Assembly (NCBI GenBank): GCA_047967505.1
Contig: CM106538.1
DNA from: Dipteris shenzhenensis
Taxonomy: Eukaryota
Length of the DNA: 64,000 nt
Reading direction: 5' to 3' (one strand)
Shown piece after piece: positions 26,238 through 38,385 of the stretch. The notes beneath the pieces were generated by a model, which did no database searches, had not been told where the DNA came from, and worked only from the letters and a program-made list of their open reading frames with translations. The translations under genes and the position numbers were made by a program. How positions within the stretch are numbered: position 1 is the stretch's first letter; every line of letters starts with the position of its first letter.

Positions 26238-27629
26238 CCAAAGGGACATTTCAATCTAGATGTGCAAGTTGAATTAAGGGGAAGCGAGCGAGAGTGACAA
26301 ATGAGATTGAGAAGAGAGAAGTAGAGATGGCTCTTAGGATTCAATAATGCAAAAAGTAACACCGCCATTGAGATTGCAAGTATTGGAGGATACATGAATA
26401 TGGTTCATCATTGTCTCCCTTGAGCACCATATATGGTTAAAGTTGAAGTAGGTATTGTTTGTATGAATTGCCTAGGCATGCTTCCACCACACAATCGACA
26501 ATTTCATATCTTGAAAGTTTTAAAAGACTTCATGCCATGGAGTGGAAGAAGCTTTTAAACAAATTAAGCCATCCTTGTATGCTTCTCTTGAGGAGGTTTG
26601 CCACTTTGATTTAATGTCCAAATAGGTGATTTGTAAAGTTTCAATGTAGCACAAAGTAATTTCCTTTTCTAAATAAGACTCTCAAAGTCAACTTTGCATT
26701 GCAAGATCTCAAGTTTACATTCAAAGGGTCATTCATGATGATGAGTTTGTGGAGAGTGAGACAAAGCTTAGGTGGTGTCCAGATTCTAGATCTAGAGGGC
26801 CACATGGGAGTTCAGGTTGTAGATAAGAGCCCAATTGGAGAATCCACAAGCAGAAGCAATGTCAAAGGACATGAACTATAGCAGAAGCCAGTAGCACATT
26901 GACTGGTGTGTGACAATACTGACTTGGTGCTAACATGGCAAGATGGTGGCTGATAAAGGGCATGGACTAGGTTTATAGATGGCACCATGGGAGGATAGAG
27001 TAGAATAGTTTGATGGAAGAAAATTGGCAGAGTATAGAGTTTGCACACGTGGTGTGCCATGCATAGGAAGTAGTCGGGTAGAAAAGAACATATGCCAAGC
27101 CGTGATGAATTGTGATGACACATGGAAGTAAACAAACATGTGAAGATTCATGCATATAAAAATTGGAAGTATAAAAGCAAGAGAGCATGAAAGCTCGAGT
27201 GCACTATCCCTACACTAAGATAGGAGATCACACCAAACTAAAAAGGATATGCACTAATTCCAAACAACCCAAATGTGATAAAAATTTCAAGCCCTTAATT
27301 AGTGCTAGCAATTATTGCCACATGTTCATCAAAATATTTAGATGGAAATACATCTATTCTTTAAGGAGAATATTACGAAAATACATCTATTCTTTAAGGA
27401 GACTATTACTAGACTTGATGACATGGCAAGGATTTGGAGGTTCGGGAGAGGAGGAGGGAGGTTCGGGGAGATAGAGGATGAGGAAAAGGTTAGAGAGCCA
27501 CGTGGCATTGTGGATGGGTTGAGGGGCAAATTGGGCAGACTTTGAGGGGTAGACACGATGGGCTGCAGAGGGGCGCACACACATATGCCATGTGGTAACC
27601 GATAAACAGGGCAGAGGAGGAAGACCAAG

Positions 27630-27633
<4 letters not shown>

Positions 27634-27668
<35 letters not shown>
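27634..27668. repeat. (CA)n microsatellite
   Basis: About 17 CA units. Confidence 0.95.
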
Positions 27669-27670
<2 letters not shown>

Positions 27671-30600
27671 TAAGGTGGTACATGGCACTCAGAGGATTGT
27701 GCAATGTGGCAACCCTCATTGGGGATGGATGTGCTAGCTCTCTTTGCTCGATAAGAGTGGAAAGGGCATGCACAAGATGAACATTTTTTATCATCATGCT
27801 CCACACCATCCCTTTCTTTTTGCATCCCTCCCTTGAATGGCATAGATCTAGATGAGCTTAGCTAGAGCATGAAGCTCGCCCTTCCTCATTAGCTTTGTAT
27901 TCCTTGGTGCTCCTACCCTATTGTTTTGTTGTGGAGACACTATGCAATCCAAAGGTGTCTATTTTTTTCTTTTTCAAGTGCATGGTAAGCTGTTATACAG
28001 CTTGGAGAGCAATGGGAGTAGTTTTCTTTGCATTCACAATCTTTTTCTTCCCTCGCTCCTCTGTTAAGCTCCCATGAACATGTCTAGGCTCCTTACATAG
28101 CAATCGTGTAAATATATGGTTGGCAGGAAATCCCTTGCAAACTGTATTGCTATCTAATCTTTTTGGTAAGCATTTGAGTTAATTCATGTTTCTTCAACAT
28201 CATCTGTATCGTTCATTACACTACAAAAACATGACTCTTACTTAAGGTAAAGGCGACGGGATAGAAGAAGACCAAAGTCTATTGTTGCAGACTATCTAAG
28301 AGCCCTCTTTTGATTCCAATTTCTTTTTAAAGACAGCCCTAGCCACCAGAACAAAATCCTTCTCTCCACCACCACACTGCAGGAACCTGGGTTGCTAGAT
28401 TTACGAAATCCCGTCGTGGATACCATAGGAACTCATATTATCTTCTTATACTTCTTTAAGGAGACTATTCCAAACCTACGAGGATGGCAGTTTATGGGAG
28501 GTTCGACATGAAGAGGAGGTTTGGGGGAGGTTCGGTACAAAGAGAGGAGGTGGGGGGAGGAGGGAGGTTCAGGGAGAGAGGAGGTAGTTGGAGCATCACG
28601 TGGCATCACAGAGGGGTAGAGAGGCAGAGTTGGCAAATTACGAGGGTGCAAGCGGGCTGCCACGTGGAAGAAGACATGCGTAGAAGCAACACATGTTTGC
28701 GAGGTTGACGTAGTTATGCCACATGGCATGTGCGGATTGACAGAGCCATAAAGATGGCAGTTGCAGAGCCATAAGGATCCACGGATCGATTTTCGTGCAG
28801 TGCGAGTGGCACACATGGCGACGCAGAGTCCTCTCCATGGCAGGGCCTCCACCTTGCATGACCCTCCACCCTCCATTCCCCCTCGAGCCCCCTCAACCGT
28901 TGATCTCCCTTGCATCCCCACCGTCCATCCCCATCCACGTCCCCATCCGACGGCCCCCCTTGACCAGCCCACCATAGCCCTCCGTTTTAGGGTTTTTGCC
29001 CTTTTATTTTATTCACTAAAAGCGTGCTGTCAATCAGCGCGATTAAATACTTTGTCTTAGTGCCTTGCGTGGCACCTCATCAAACAAAAAAATAAACCTT
29101 TTTTTTTAAATTGCATTTTTTAATTCCATCTTCATCACCACATCTCTTCCTGTTCGAGCTAAAATCCCAGGGGACATATTCATCAAAGTATGAGTGCAAA
29201 ATGTCCCTCATTTCTTAATTCTCTAGACTCATATTTATTCAAACAATGCCCGTGACCTTCTATAGGTATCTTTGAAACCATACTATAATTGTAGGATTAA
29301 AAATAAAATTCAGCACCATGCAGTTTATCTTTAACTAACAAAAAGGGGAAAAAATACGATGCTTCATCATCCCTCGACCATCCACAAGAGAGACCATTTT
29401 GTCTGCCTATACTACCATCATGGTGCATGATGTGCCACCTTGCTATGAAAGTAGCAAAATGTCAATTACCAAACGAACAATGAGTTCAACTCCATGTCCC
29501 AATGCCTTTGCAGCATATTTTGCTTTGTGGAGCTTTTGCTTTACATTTTGTGCTATTATATTACACTTTTAGGCTTTGAGCTTGCTTGACTATGAAGTCC
29601 ATCTATACTTTGGAGATTTGCCATCTATGCTTCACCTTTACTATCTAGTAACCAAGCCACACAATGCCTTTATTTGATATTCTATTTATTGCAATTAATG
29701 ACGTTTTAGCACCCTGAGATAGGTCTCCAACCTGTGGTAGACAGACCAGGCTACTCGTGGGTGAAATAGTAAGTTGGGAGTCCACCAATAGTTGAGAGAG
29801 GAAAAGTAGGGAGTGAAATAGTAAGTTGGGACGTGGAGGTGGAGATCACGTGGAAATTGGGGGAGTGGATAAAAACAAGTTGAATACATTCAAAAGGCCT
29901 GCCTTGGAAGCTAAGAGAGAAGAAGAAAAGAAGAAGAAGAAGAGAGAGAAGGGGGAGAAAAAAATGGGGACAAAAATCGCAAGCACCAATTAGATTAAGA
30001 CAAAATTACAACACACTTGAATATCAACGAGCACGCCCAAAATAGCATTTTATCATCTCCACCAAAACCAACCGATCACTATAGCCTTTCCCCCAAGCAG
30101 GCTAAAAAGATTGGAAATTTAAAACCAAGCTTGACAGGCTAGTAGTGTGAACCAGTGTTCACAAAAAACTTGCAAACTATATACAATGAACGTGCAACAT
30201 TTTCATTTTCACACGTAAAAACTATTTTCTCAATTTTGTAAAATCTTCAAAATTTTAGGCAATTTAGTTATATTTTAGCTTAAAAATTGACAAATTCTGG
30301 AGAAAAACCTTCAAAATTTGAAACTCCAAAGTGTTGTGATTTGTTGAGAAAAATGTTTTCTATGAACACTCCTCACAAGAAGCTCACAAGAACCCCTATA
30401 CATTACATTTATCAAAGTATGGGGGGGACATACTGTGAACCAGCTGCGTCAATTTTGAGCGTCTGAGAGAGAGATTTCAGACTACTGTTGTACGCATTTT
30501 TTAGTTTTATGCGATCTCCCGGTGATGATTATCTTGTGTGTCGCTCCAATTTTATATATCACAGACATGGATCTCTTAACGATGGCGACAAACGCGTCTC

Positions 30601-31045
30601 AGAAAGATGCTGCCAAAACTGGATTGCCGTCCCCTCGATGCTGCACGGCTGTTGCCAGCAAGCTGACGGGGGGTATCTACAATTGGACCGTTCAATACAC
30701 GATGAATATGGACGTGGGTTCTGCCGTAAACTGTGTATATGTGATCGTTGTGAATAAATTAGCAAGCTTTTGTGCCACAAAGTGACAATCTCCCTGCCTG
30801 CAATCGAGATATCGCACATCGGATATATCAGCAATCGAGTGGCAGGCCTAACGCCTTGTCCTTAGGACATATCGCCATGTTTCGGTCATCCTCTACCCGC
30901 TTCGTGACTCTTTTACAGCACGGTGAATAAGCGATTCCCTTCATGACGCTTGACCGCATCTGACCCTCGGCATACGCATGCGTATCACAAGGGCCTGTGT
31001 AAGCATCGCCCTCGCCCAGAGAAGTTTCTTCAGGTGGACAAAGCC

Positions 31046-31089
31046 ATGGCCTTTTGGGGAAAATGGTGCTGCGGCAGAATTGAAGGCAA
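31046..31089 (+). CDS. PTI1-like receptor-like cytoplasmic kinase (At3g15890/RLCK-XV type), coding exon 1
   Basis: AAGCCATGG start context. Reads MAFWGKWCCGRIEG, resembling the MAF-xxxx-CCG N-terminus of this family. The donor AA|GTAGGT is phase 2 and joins in frame to the acceptor at 35706. Lies in a CpG-retaining region. Confidence 0.75.
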
Positions 31090-32717
31090 GTAGGTAGCGT
31101 CTTCCAAAAATTGGTTCTCATCATATTCCTAGCTTCAAGCTTATGATTTAGTCTAAGAACGCTGTATGATGAGTTCGTTAGACGTTCACTTCGAGGTGGT
31201 TTGGTTAAGCATCCTTAATTTAATGGATTGCTGGATGCACTGTGATTTTACTAGACGAAAAGCAATCTGACGACGCGATCGTGGTTTTGATTTGAATCCT
31301 GCGATGCATTTTCCATCACAGCTCGTTAGTGCTAGATTGTATGCCTTTTCTGTATAGAGTGCATCTGTTACACTATATTCTAGGAGCATTAAGATGCACT
31401 GTGGGCCGATTGAGTTGTCACAGGTAGTTTATCTTTATTATGGATTCTCGTTTGGGCCTTTCGAAGTGTGGAAAGGCATTGGTTTTTGGAGTAACAATGG
31501 ATGGTACCACGGCTAGAATTTGGTATTTGGCCATCCCTGCTTCAGTAAAGGTTGTCATTGAAACCGAAAGGATACGACTGAACTTCTCAAGTGTACAACC
31601 GTGAGTGCACGAACATGCACAAGTGGAACTTGAGCAGCATACACTGGAGCACTTTGGATACTAAAAAGAAGCTCAATGGAGTGCATGAAAAAAAGGCTGC
31701 AGCAGGTATCTAAAGTCACAAAGAGAAAAATACCATATTCCCAGCCATACAAACCAACAAATGCAAAACCTGGCACAAAAACTGATATGTCGCACCAAAT
31801 AAAATCAGAATTAAGACTCAAGAGCCACTATAAATAGCAGGAAAGGTTCCAACGTATGCTTCAGAGAGAAATCGTCACTAAGCATAGGGATATGCATAAG
31901 ATCAGAGAAATGGGGACAGCCAAGCTCACTATGATAGTGGAGTTGTCAGATGGCAATAAGAAGTTTTGAATGGACAGCATAGGATCAGCATGCATGTATT
32001 CAAATCAAACTGATTACAAATTTGCACAGGATTCATTAGCCTTAATTATAAAACTGATTGGTATAGCCCTGGGATACCATTGGATGAGACAGCAACTGCT
32101 GCAAGATGCAGCCCTTAGAATAGTGATTGCCACATATGTACAGCCAAGTAGCATGTAGAATGCCATGTGACCCGGCAACAGCAGCAGTGGCACAGCCAAG
32201 TTGGCCAGCTAGAAAGCAATCTGCAGCACATCAAAACACACTACAGTTGGGCAAGGGGTAACTAGTGACGTACACAGCCTCAGCATAGCAGCCACAGCCA
32301 GCCTTTATTAGCACACAACACTGAGCTTTCTATTGCGGGACAGCATTGAGACCCCTCCATCGGCCAGATTTCAAGCTATGTATGCAGTACTTACGGGACA
32401 ACCCTACGTTATGCACACTTGTTCCATGCCCAAGTCAATTAAGCGAACAACAAATACTCCCTGGAAAGGGGGACAAGGAGGGGGCGGGTGGGTGGCGAGG
32501 GGGGGGGGGCAATCCAATCATGTTCATTTCTGTATATGATGTCTCTTTCAATTAAGCAAGCATGCATGCAAGTCTTCTGCTGCAAGTAGAAATAGTTACC
32601 ACATGGATAACCAATAGGCCTCATGCATGTTACAACTAAAAAGGAAGACTTTTGGAGGGACTGGGTAAGACCACTTTCACCACCTGTACCACAGATTTGT
32701 ATATGAGATCTACTACT

Positions 32718-32753
<36 letters not shown>

Positions 32754-32767
32754 AGCACTCTTAATTG

Positions 32768-34986
32768 TGTAGAAATCCCTTAAGACATGTAAGCAAGAAG
32801 ATTGCATGGGTGAGTGGGTCTTGGCTAGCATGTCAGGAGTCAAGGAGATTGAAGTTTGTGGATTGGGGATGAATCCAATCTTTTTGTATAAGAAAACACA
32901 CAAGTTGAAGTGTGTGGTGTGGAAATGAAATCCAATTTTGAAGTTGGATAAGCTCTTGTCACTTTGTCTCTACATGGTATCAGAGCACCAGGTTGCACTT
33001 CTCTCTTCCCCCCGTCTTGCCACTAATAGCCTCTTGTGCTGGAGCTGATTCATGAACAGGCTGAAGGTCATTTTTGAAGGTGGCTGCCCTGGAGTGTAAT
33101 ATATGCTGGCTGACAAAGCTTTCGTGGTGTTTAGCTTGTATTATTTCTTCTCTATCATCACCGACTCTCCTCAAGACTTGTGAAGAAAGCAGGTGGTCTG
33201 TTCATCGAAAGGTAATCTAAAGAAGGACTATTTCCTGCTGGGCTTAATGAAGCTCAACATTTGAAAGCTGCCAGGAGAAGGATGTCGTGATCAAAAGGAA
33301 CCACGTTTTTTTTTCCAGAAGCTCTTTTAAATTATCGACTTTTGGAAGTTTGTTTGTGGAGCTGCTGGTCGAAGGCTGGTATGCCAGGAAGTACTATTGC
33401 CTCGTCCTTCGTCAGAGGTTTCTCTTCAGTCTATGCGGTTTCTTTCTCAAGGAGGCGGCTGGAGCTCTATTACTCTGCTCTTTATCAGAAGCTTGACAAC
33501 CAGCACGTCGCTGGTTGTTTGAAGGGTGCCTCCAATACGCTTGTCAATCCTATTGCGGCTATTCTCATATATCTCTGAGCCCACGAAACACCTCTGTTTG
33601 ATTTTCCTGCTCTAGCCCAAGGCTCATGAGGTCGCCGTAATCTGCTTTCTCCTCTGCATGACATCGACGGCGCCCTGTTGTCTTAAGGAGGCTATCTACT
33701 CTGTGCCGAAAGAGCTAGAGAAACTCCTTACACTCCATAAGATTTGCACTGTTCACCGTGACGTTTTTTTGGAAGAGTTTGATCATGTTTTGGCTAAGGT
33801 TCTTATCAACCTTCAATAATCAAGTCAACCTTGAAGTTGAGTGCATTTTCCAGCCATCTTCTCTTGGTTGGACATTTGAAAGGGGAGCTTTGTCTATGCC
33901 TTATTTTACTGGCAGTATTTAATTTCATTCTTGGGCTTCAAAGGCGCAACAAGTGTGGCAAAATTTCAATTGAAAATCTTGGTGATCAAGAGGTGTTTTA
34001 TCATGTTTTCTTGGGAAGAGGTTTTCTGATGCGGATGGTGCAAGAGAAGAAGAGAGAATTGAAATCCTCTATTTGGAAGAGGAATGTGCATGTAGCAAGA
34101 GGGGATAATGAAATCCCCTTATTATTTTACATTTTTATGTATTTTTTAAAAAAGCACTTCACATGAGAATGTGCATGGACTTCTCGAAATAGAAAGAGAA
34201 GAATGTATGAAACATTGGCATTTTGTGTTAGAAAATGAAATCCCTACAGAGGGTATCCGGCAGGCAGCGGAAGACTGATAGATGGCCCCTATGAATTACA
34301 TGCGGAATTGTTTCACTATGGAATCAAGCTTCATCAACATGTGTGTACTTCGCAATGAGGGCAAGCCAGCAAATAGACTGTGCTCAAAGACAAATATAGA
34401 AGCAACCCTTATATATTCACAATACAATACCAAAATGTCCTCGCACCTCTAGATCTCTAAGCCCGCGTGCTCCATTGAGCATATGTAGACGCTCTGTCCA
34501 AAGGATCCCTTCTAGCTTACTATCTGGATACCAGCCTAGGTGGGCTGCCACTCTAGCTTAGTTTGCAGCTTCTTCTGGGTCACCTTCTCCTCCTAAATGT
34601 AGGCCCAAGGCTGCCCCTTTGCTGCACCTATCTACTGTCCTGAGGACTGCTCCAACTGATGAGGAAATGGGGCCAAATGCCTCTCCTTTTATGGGCTGAA
34701 GCCCCTTCCCAAAAACCGACCAGAAAGGACGACCCATTCTGCCCCTACCAGCCGACTGGATTGGGGAGGCTATAAGTAGCCCCTCATCTCTCATTTCTTG
34801 CTAATCCAATCTTTTGTATAAGAACACACACAAGTTGAAGTGTGTGGTGTGGAAATGAAATCCAATCTTGAAGTTGGATAAGCTCTTGTCGCTTTGTCTC
34901 TCTTGCCCTTGTCTTCCATGTTTGAGAGCTTCTACATCTTGAGTGAGCTTCCACATCTCTCTCTCTTGCACTTCCATTTCTCTACA
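32768..34986 (+). mobile_element. Small non-autonomous LTR retroelement (TRIM/LARD-like) in intron 1 of the kinase
   Basis: 5' LTR 32768-32974 (TGTAGA...TCTACA), then a perfect PBS TGGTATCAGAGC (32975-32986). A partial second LTR copy at ~34803-34986 ends TCTACA. Perfect 5-bp TSD AATTG (32763-32767, 34987-34991). No gag/pol motifs recognised. Confidence 0.8.
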
Positions 34987-35706
34987 AATTGAAGGTTCAT
35001 GAGGTTCCACATGTGAGGCCGAATGAGGTTGCAATGCTTGAATGTAACACACAATAATGTCTTCCTCTAGAGTATTTTTGAACGACGCACCAATCTAAGA
35101 CAACACTAAAACTGAGCCAAAAATTTCTGCAAGACAAGCAACCGTCAAACATCCCTCAGATTTGTTTCCTGCACGTTCTAGTCTGGAGCTGAGGGATTAG
35201 TGTGAATGAAAGGGCCACTCTTGGGTGCCACTAAGGTGCACCGAACAAGTTGCTCCATACATAGCTGCTGGTCACCAGACCAGTCAAAAGTGAATCTTGG
35301 AAGTGGATTGGCGCTATAGTCCTGCAAGAGAAGTCCCTTTGTAAGTCTATCCCCAGTCACTGTCTTCATGGAGAAGAGGTAGAAGTAGAGACCTTAAGAG
35401 GAGATTAGAACTGATGTCACATCAAAACGTCTGGTACAATTTTTTGAAGAAAACGTCTGGTACAAGGGTTGGAGGGTGGATAAATTCATATAGTCCCCTT
35501 GAGGGTCTTGGCATGATTCTTTTGGAAAGGTGAATATAACCATTAGATTTTAGAGGGAAGTTGAAGAAAGCCTTTAATATGATGTCTGCTGCATATTGGA
35601 CTGAAAAGTGGACATTTATTTTCTCGAGGGTTCATACTAGTTCTGACTTTGTTTGGTCGAATGTTTTAATGATTGTTTGATTTTTCCTGGGTTTAATGCT
35701 ATGCAG

Positions 35707-35848
35707 TGTTGCAGACGATAAGAAGGGTTGGCGGATATTTTCATCAAGAGAGGTACTTAATGCCACAAATAACTTTAGTAACGACAACAAGTTGGGAGAA
35801 GGTGGTTTTGGCAGTGTCTATTGGGGAAGGCTCTCTGATGGTTTACAA
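35707..35848 (+). CDS. PTI1-like RLCK, coding exon 2
   Basis: [40 protein letters not shown]. Acceptor tgcag| at 35706 and donor |gtaaag at 35849. Confidence 0.92.
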
Positions 35849-35987
35849 GTAAAGCTTCTTTTTTGGACCCATTTCTTCAGAAGCTAGCAGTTGTCTATTG
35901 TGGCAAGAAGGTTAGGGAACATAGAGTAGGATGTTATAATAGACTTGTCTGGAGGCATTTTGACAATGTTACCCTCTTAATCTGTAG

Positions 35988-36250
35988 ATTGCAGTAAAGA
36001 GGTTGAAAGTATGGAGTTCTAAAGCTGAAATGGAATTTGCTGTGGAGGTTGAGATTCTTGGACGGGTTCGCCACAAGAATTTACTGAGTTTGAGGGGATA
36101 TTGCGCAGAAGGACAAGAACGTCTCATTATTTATGACTTCATGCCAAACTTGAGCATTTTATCTCATCTTCATGGACAGTTTGCCGCAGAAGGGCATTTG
36201 GACTGGAAGAAAAGGATGCGTATTGCCATTGGCTCGGCAGAAGGCATTGC
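35988..36250 (+). CDS. PTI1-like RLCK, coding exon 3
   Basis: IAVKRLKVWSSKAEMEFAVEVEILGRVRHKNLLSLRGYCAEGQERLIIYDFM...IAIGSAEGIA. Acceptor tgtag| and donor |gtatgt. Confidence 0.95.
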
Positions 36251-36398
36251 GTATGTGCTTTCAATCATATATTGCATATCCATGATGAAGCTCAATTTAA
36301 TCACAATATTTTCAGAATAGACATTTTTATTGCTTTTTTTAAATTTCGTCCTTCCTGATAGGTTTTCTGAACTCTGTTGCTCATATTTGCTGTCTCAG

Positions 36399-37038
36399 AT
36401 ATCTACATCATTATGCAACTCCTCACATTATTCACAGGGATGTCAAGGCAAGCAATGTCCTCCTGGATTCGAATTTTGAGGCACAGGTTGCAGATTTTGG
36501 TTTTGCAAAGTTAATACCAGAGGGTGCATCTCATGTTACAACTAGAGTAAAAGGTACTCTGGGCTACCTTGCACCAGAGTATGCCCTATTGGGAAAAGTT
36601 TCAGAGAGTTGTGATGTGTATAGTTTCGGCATTTTGCTCTTAGAGCTCATCAGCAGCAGAAAACCAATAGAGAAGCTTGGGTCAGGACAAAGGCGTACCA
36701 TAGTGGAGTGGGCAGCACCATTAGTATTCCAGGGAAAGTTGAGTGAGCTGGTAGATCCAAGGTTGAGAGGCAGGTTTGATGAAGCAGAGTTAAGGCGAGT
36801 CGTTCAAGCAGCAACTATGTGCGCTCAAAATAGCCCTGAAAGAAGGCCAAATATGCTAGAGGTGGTAGAGCTACTAAAAGGGGAAGGTACATTTGAATTT
36901 GGTTTCACAGCGGATGGTGATGATGAAAATAGCGTAACTCTAGAGAGTGTGGAATACGGAGGCAAGTTACTTGCAGAAGATGACGAAGAATCAAATGGTA
37001 ACCATGAGTCAATACCACATGGCAAGCACCGTGGATAA
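36399..37038 (+). CDS. PTI1-like RLCK, coding exon 4 (to stop)
   Basis: YLHHYATPHIIHRDVKASN, DFG, GTLGYLAPEY and DVYSFG, then an acidic tail and TAA at 37036-37038. The four exons sum to 1089 nt (362 aa + stop) with no frame break. Confidence 0.95.
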
Positions 37039-37666
37039 AGAAGGGGCCATGTTAAACAATAAACTTAAGCCCATTTCTCTAGTCTTCCAGGTAATTAAGA
37101 ATTGGTGCTGCAGAGCTGAGGTCGATGTTTGCAATGCTGCATTAGCCATTTGGGATTTACGTGCAGATTATGATTTTATCAGACAGTACCATATGGTGAA
37201 AATTTTGCAATATTACATGCATCATGCACGGGTTGTAGCCTCTCTGTTTCAGGACAGCAAATGCTGATTTACACAACTTTCTATGATTTTCTGTATTATT
37301 GCCAATGTTATCTAGAAAGAGTAAACTTGTCTAGATGCAAAGGTTTGTGGGCAAGGTGATGTTGATTGCAGCCCATGGGCCATGTGTAGCTAAATGAATG
37401 TAGGACCAGTTAACGTGAGGTGCCACCTCTAAATTGAGCATCACGTTTGGTATTGACATGTGATTTCTTTATTTTTATTTGAGCTGTTTTTCAGAAGTAC
37501 TTTGACTTATTCTGCCTGCAGAGTACCTAGTTTTGCAGCCACCTGAGAAGGATCGTAATACCAAGATGTTCAAATAAGGTCTCAATCCAGAATAGTCTCA
37601 ATTCGCCATATTCTTTCCTTATCTGGATGGATTCCCTGTTGACTCAGCTGTAATGAATGTAAACGG

Positions 37667-37952
37667 CAGCTTATATGGCATGGATGGAAGCACTTGTCCT
37701 TCATGTTGTGAAAAGCAGTATGTAATATGAAAGTAAATGTCAAGTCTTTCTTGATGCTTCATGTATTTTAAATTGGTGTGTAATATGCTTTGTGCTTCCT
37801 GCTAAGTCTCCTTCTGTGCAACAGCAACTTATATAGCATGGATGGAAGCAGTTGTGCTTCATGTTTTGAAACCAGTATTGTAGTATGAAAGTGGCTTCTA
37901 TGAATTGTGAAGTCTTCCTGATTGCTTCGTGTGCTTTAAATTGGTATGTACT
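37667..37952. repeat. Diverged ~157-bp tandem duplication 3' of the kinase
   Basis: GCA.CTTATAT.GCATGGATGGAAGCA.TTGT.CTTCATGTT occurs at ~37667 and ~37824. Confidence 0.8.
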
Positions 37953-38385
37953 AACTGGTATGTACTAACGAAGGCTTTTTTGGTCAGCGCAGGATTATGT
38001 TCACAAACCTTTGAAAGCAGGCAGGGATAGAAGGAAGGAGAGGGGGACACCAGGACTGCACACCCTTGTCTATTTCGTTTTTTCCAAGATCCCCTGCACA
38101 ATCTTCCGTCCTCTTCTTCATGTTTTCCGTTCTCTGTCTAGAACTCTGCCAGCCGCATATAGAGCCTTCCTCTTTATTTGATCACACTTTATCTTTTTAC
38201 ATTTTAACCACTCTATCACCATGGGAATACAATTAAACACCAAACCCGACTAACTGCCCATTCTCCCTAGATGCCTCGGATCTTTAGGATTCTCGTCATG
38301 TCCTCCTTCTGGACTCCATAGCGAAGAGTGGTCACAACTCCACACACTAGAACACTCTTTTGCATGAAATAAAATCTAATGTAAC

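Noticed and set aside
26338-26420. Ankyrin-like peptide GFNNAKSNTAIEIASIGGYMNMVHHCL
   Set aside because: A single short, weak motif that cannot be distinguished from chance without a profile search.
25910-27843. ORFs rich in SLSLSL, VCVCVC or HTHTHT
   Set aside because: Translation artefacts of (GA)n and (CA)n microsatellites.
28219-28229. CACTACAAAAA as a CACTA terminus
   Set aside because: No matching opposite TIR with a 3-bp TSD was found; the candidate CTAGTAGTG at ~30139-30147 has a different flank.
30146-30443. Possible small TIR element upstream of the kinase (TGTGAACCAG direct repeat; CAGTGTTCAC/ATGAACACTC inverted motif)
   Set aside because: The TIR-like and TSD-like boundaries do not coincide, so no consistent element can be defined.
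35696-35706. ATG at 35696 as the kinase start
   Set aside because: It lies within a T-rich acceptor region, and a family-typical first exon exists upstream at 31046.
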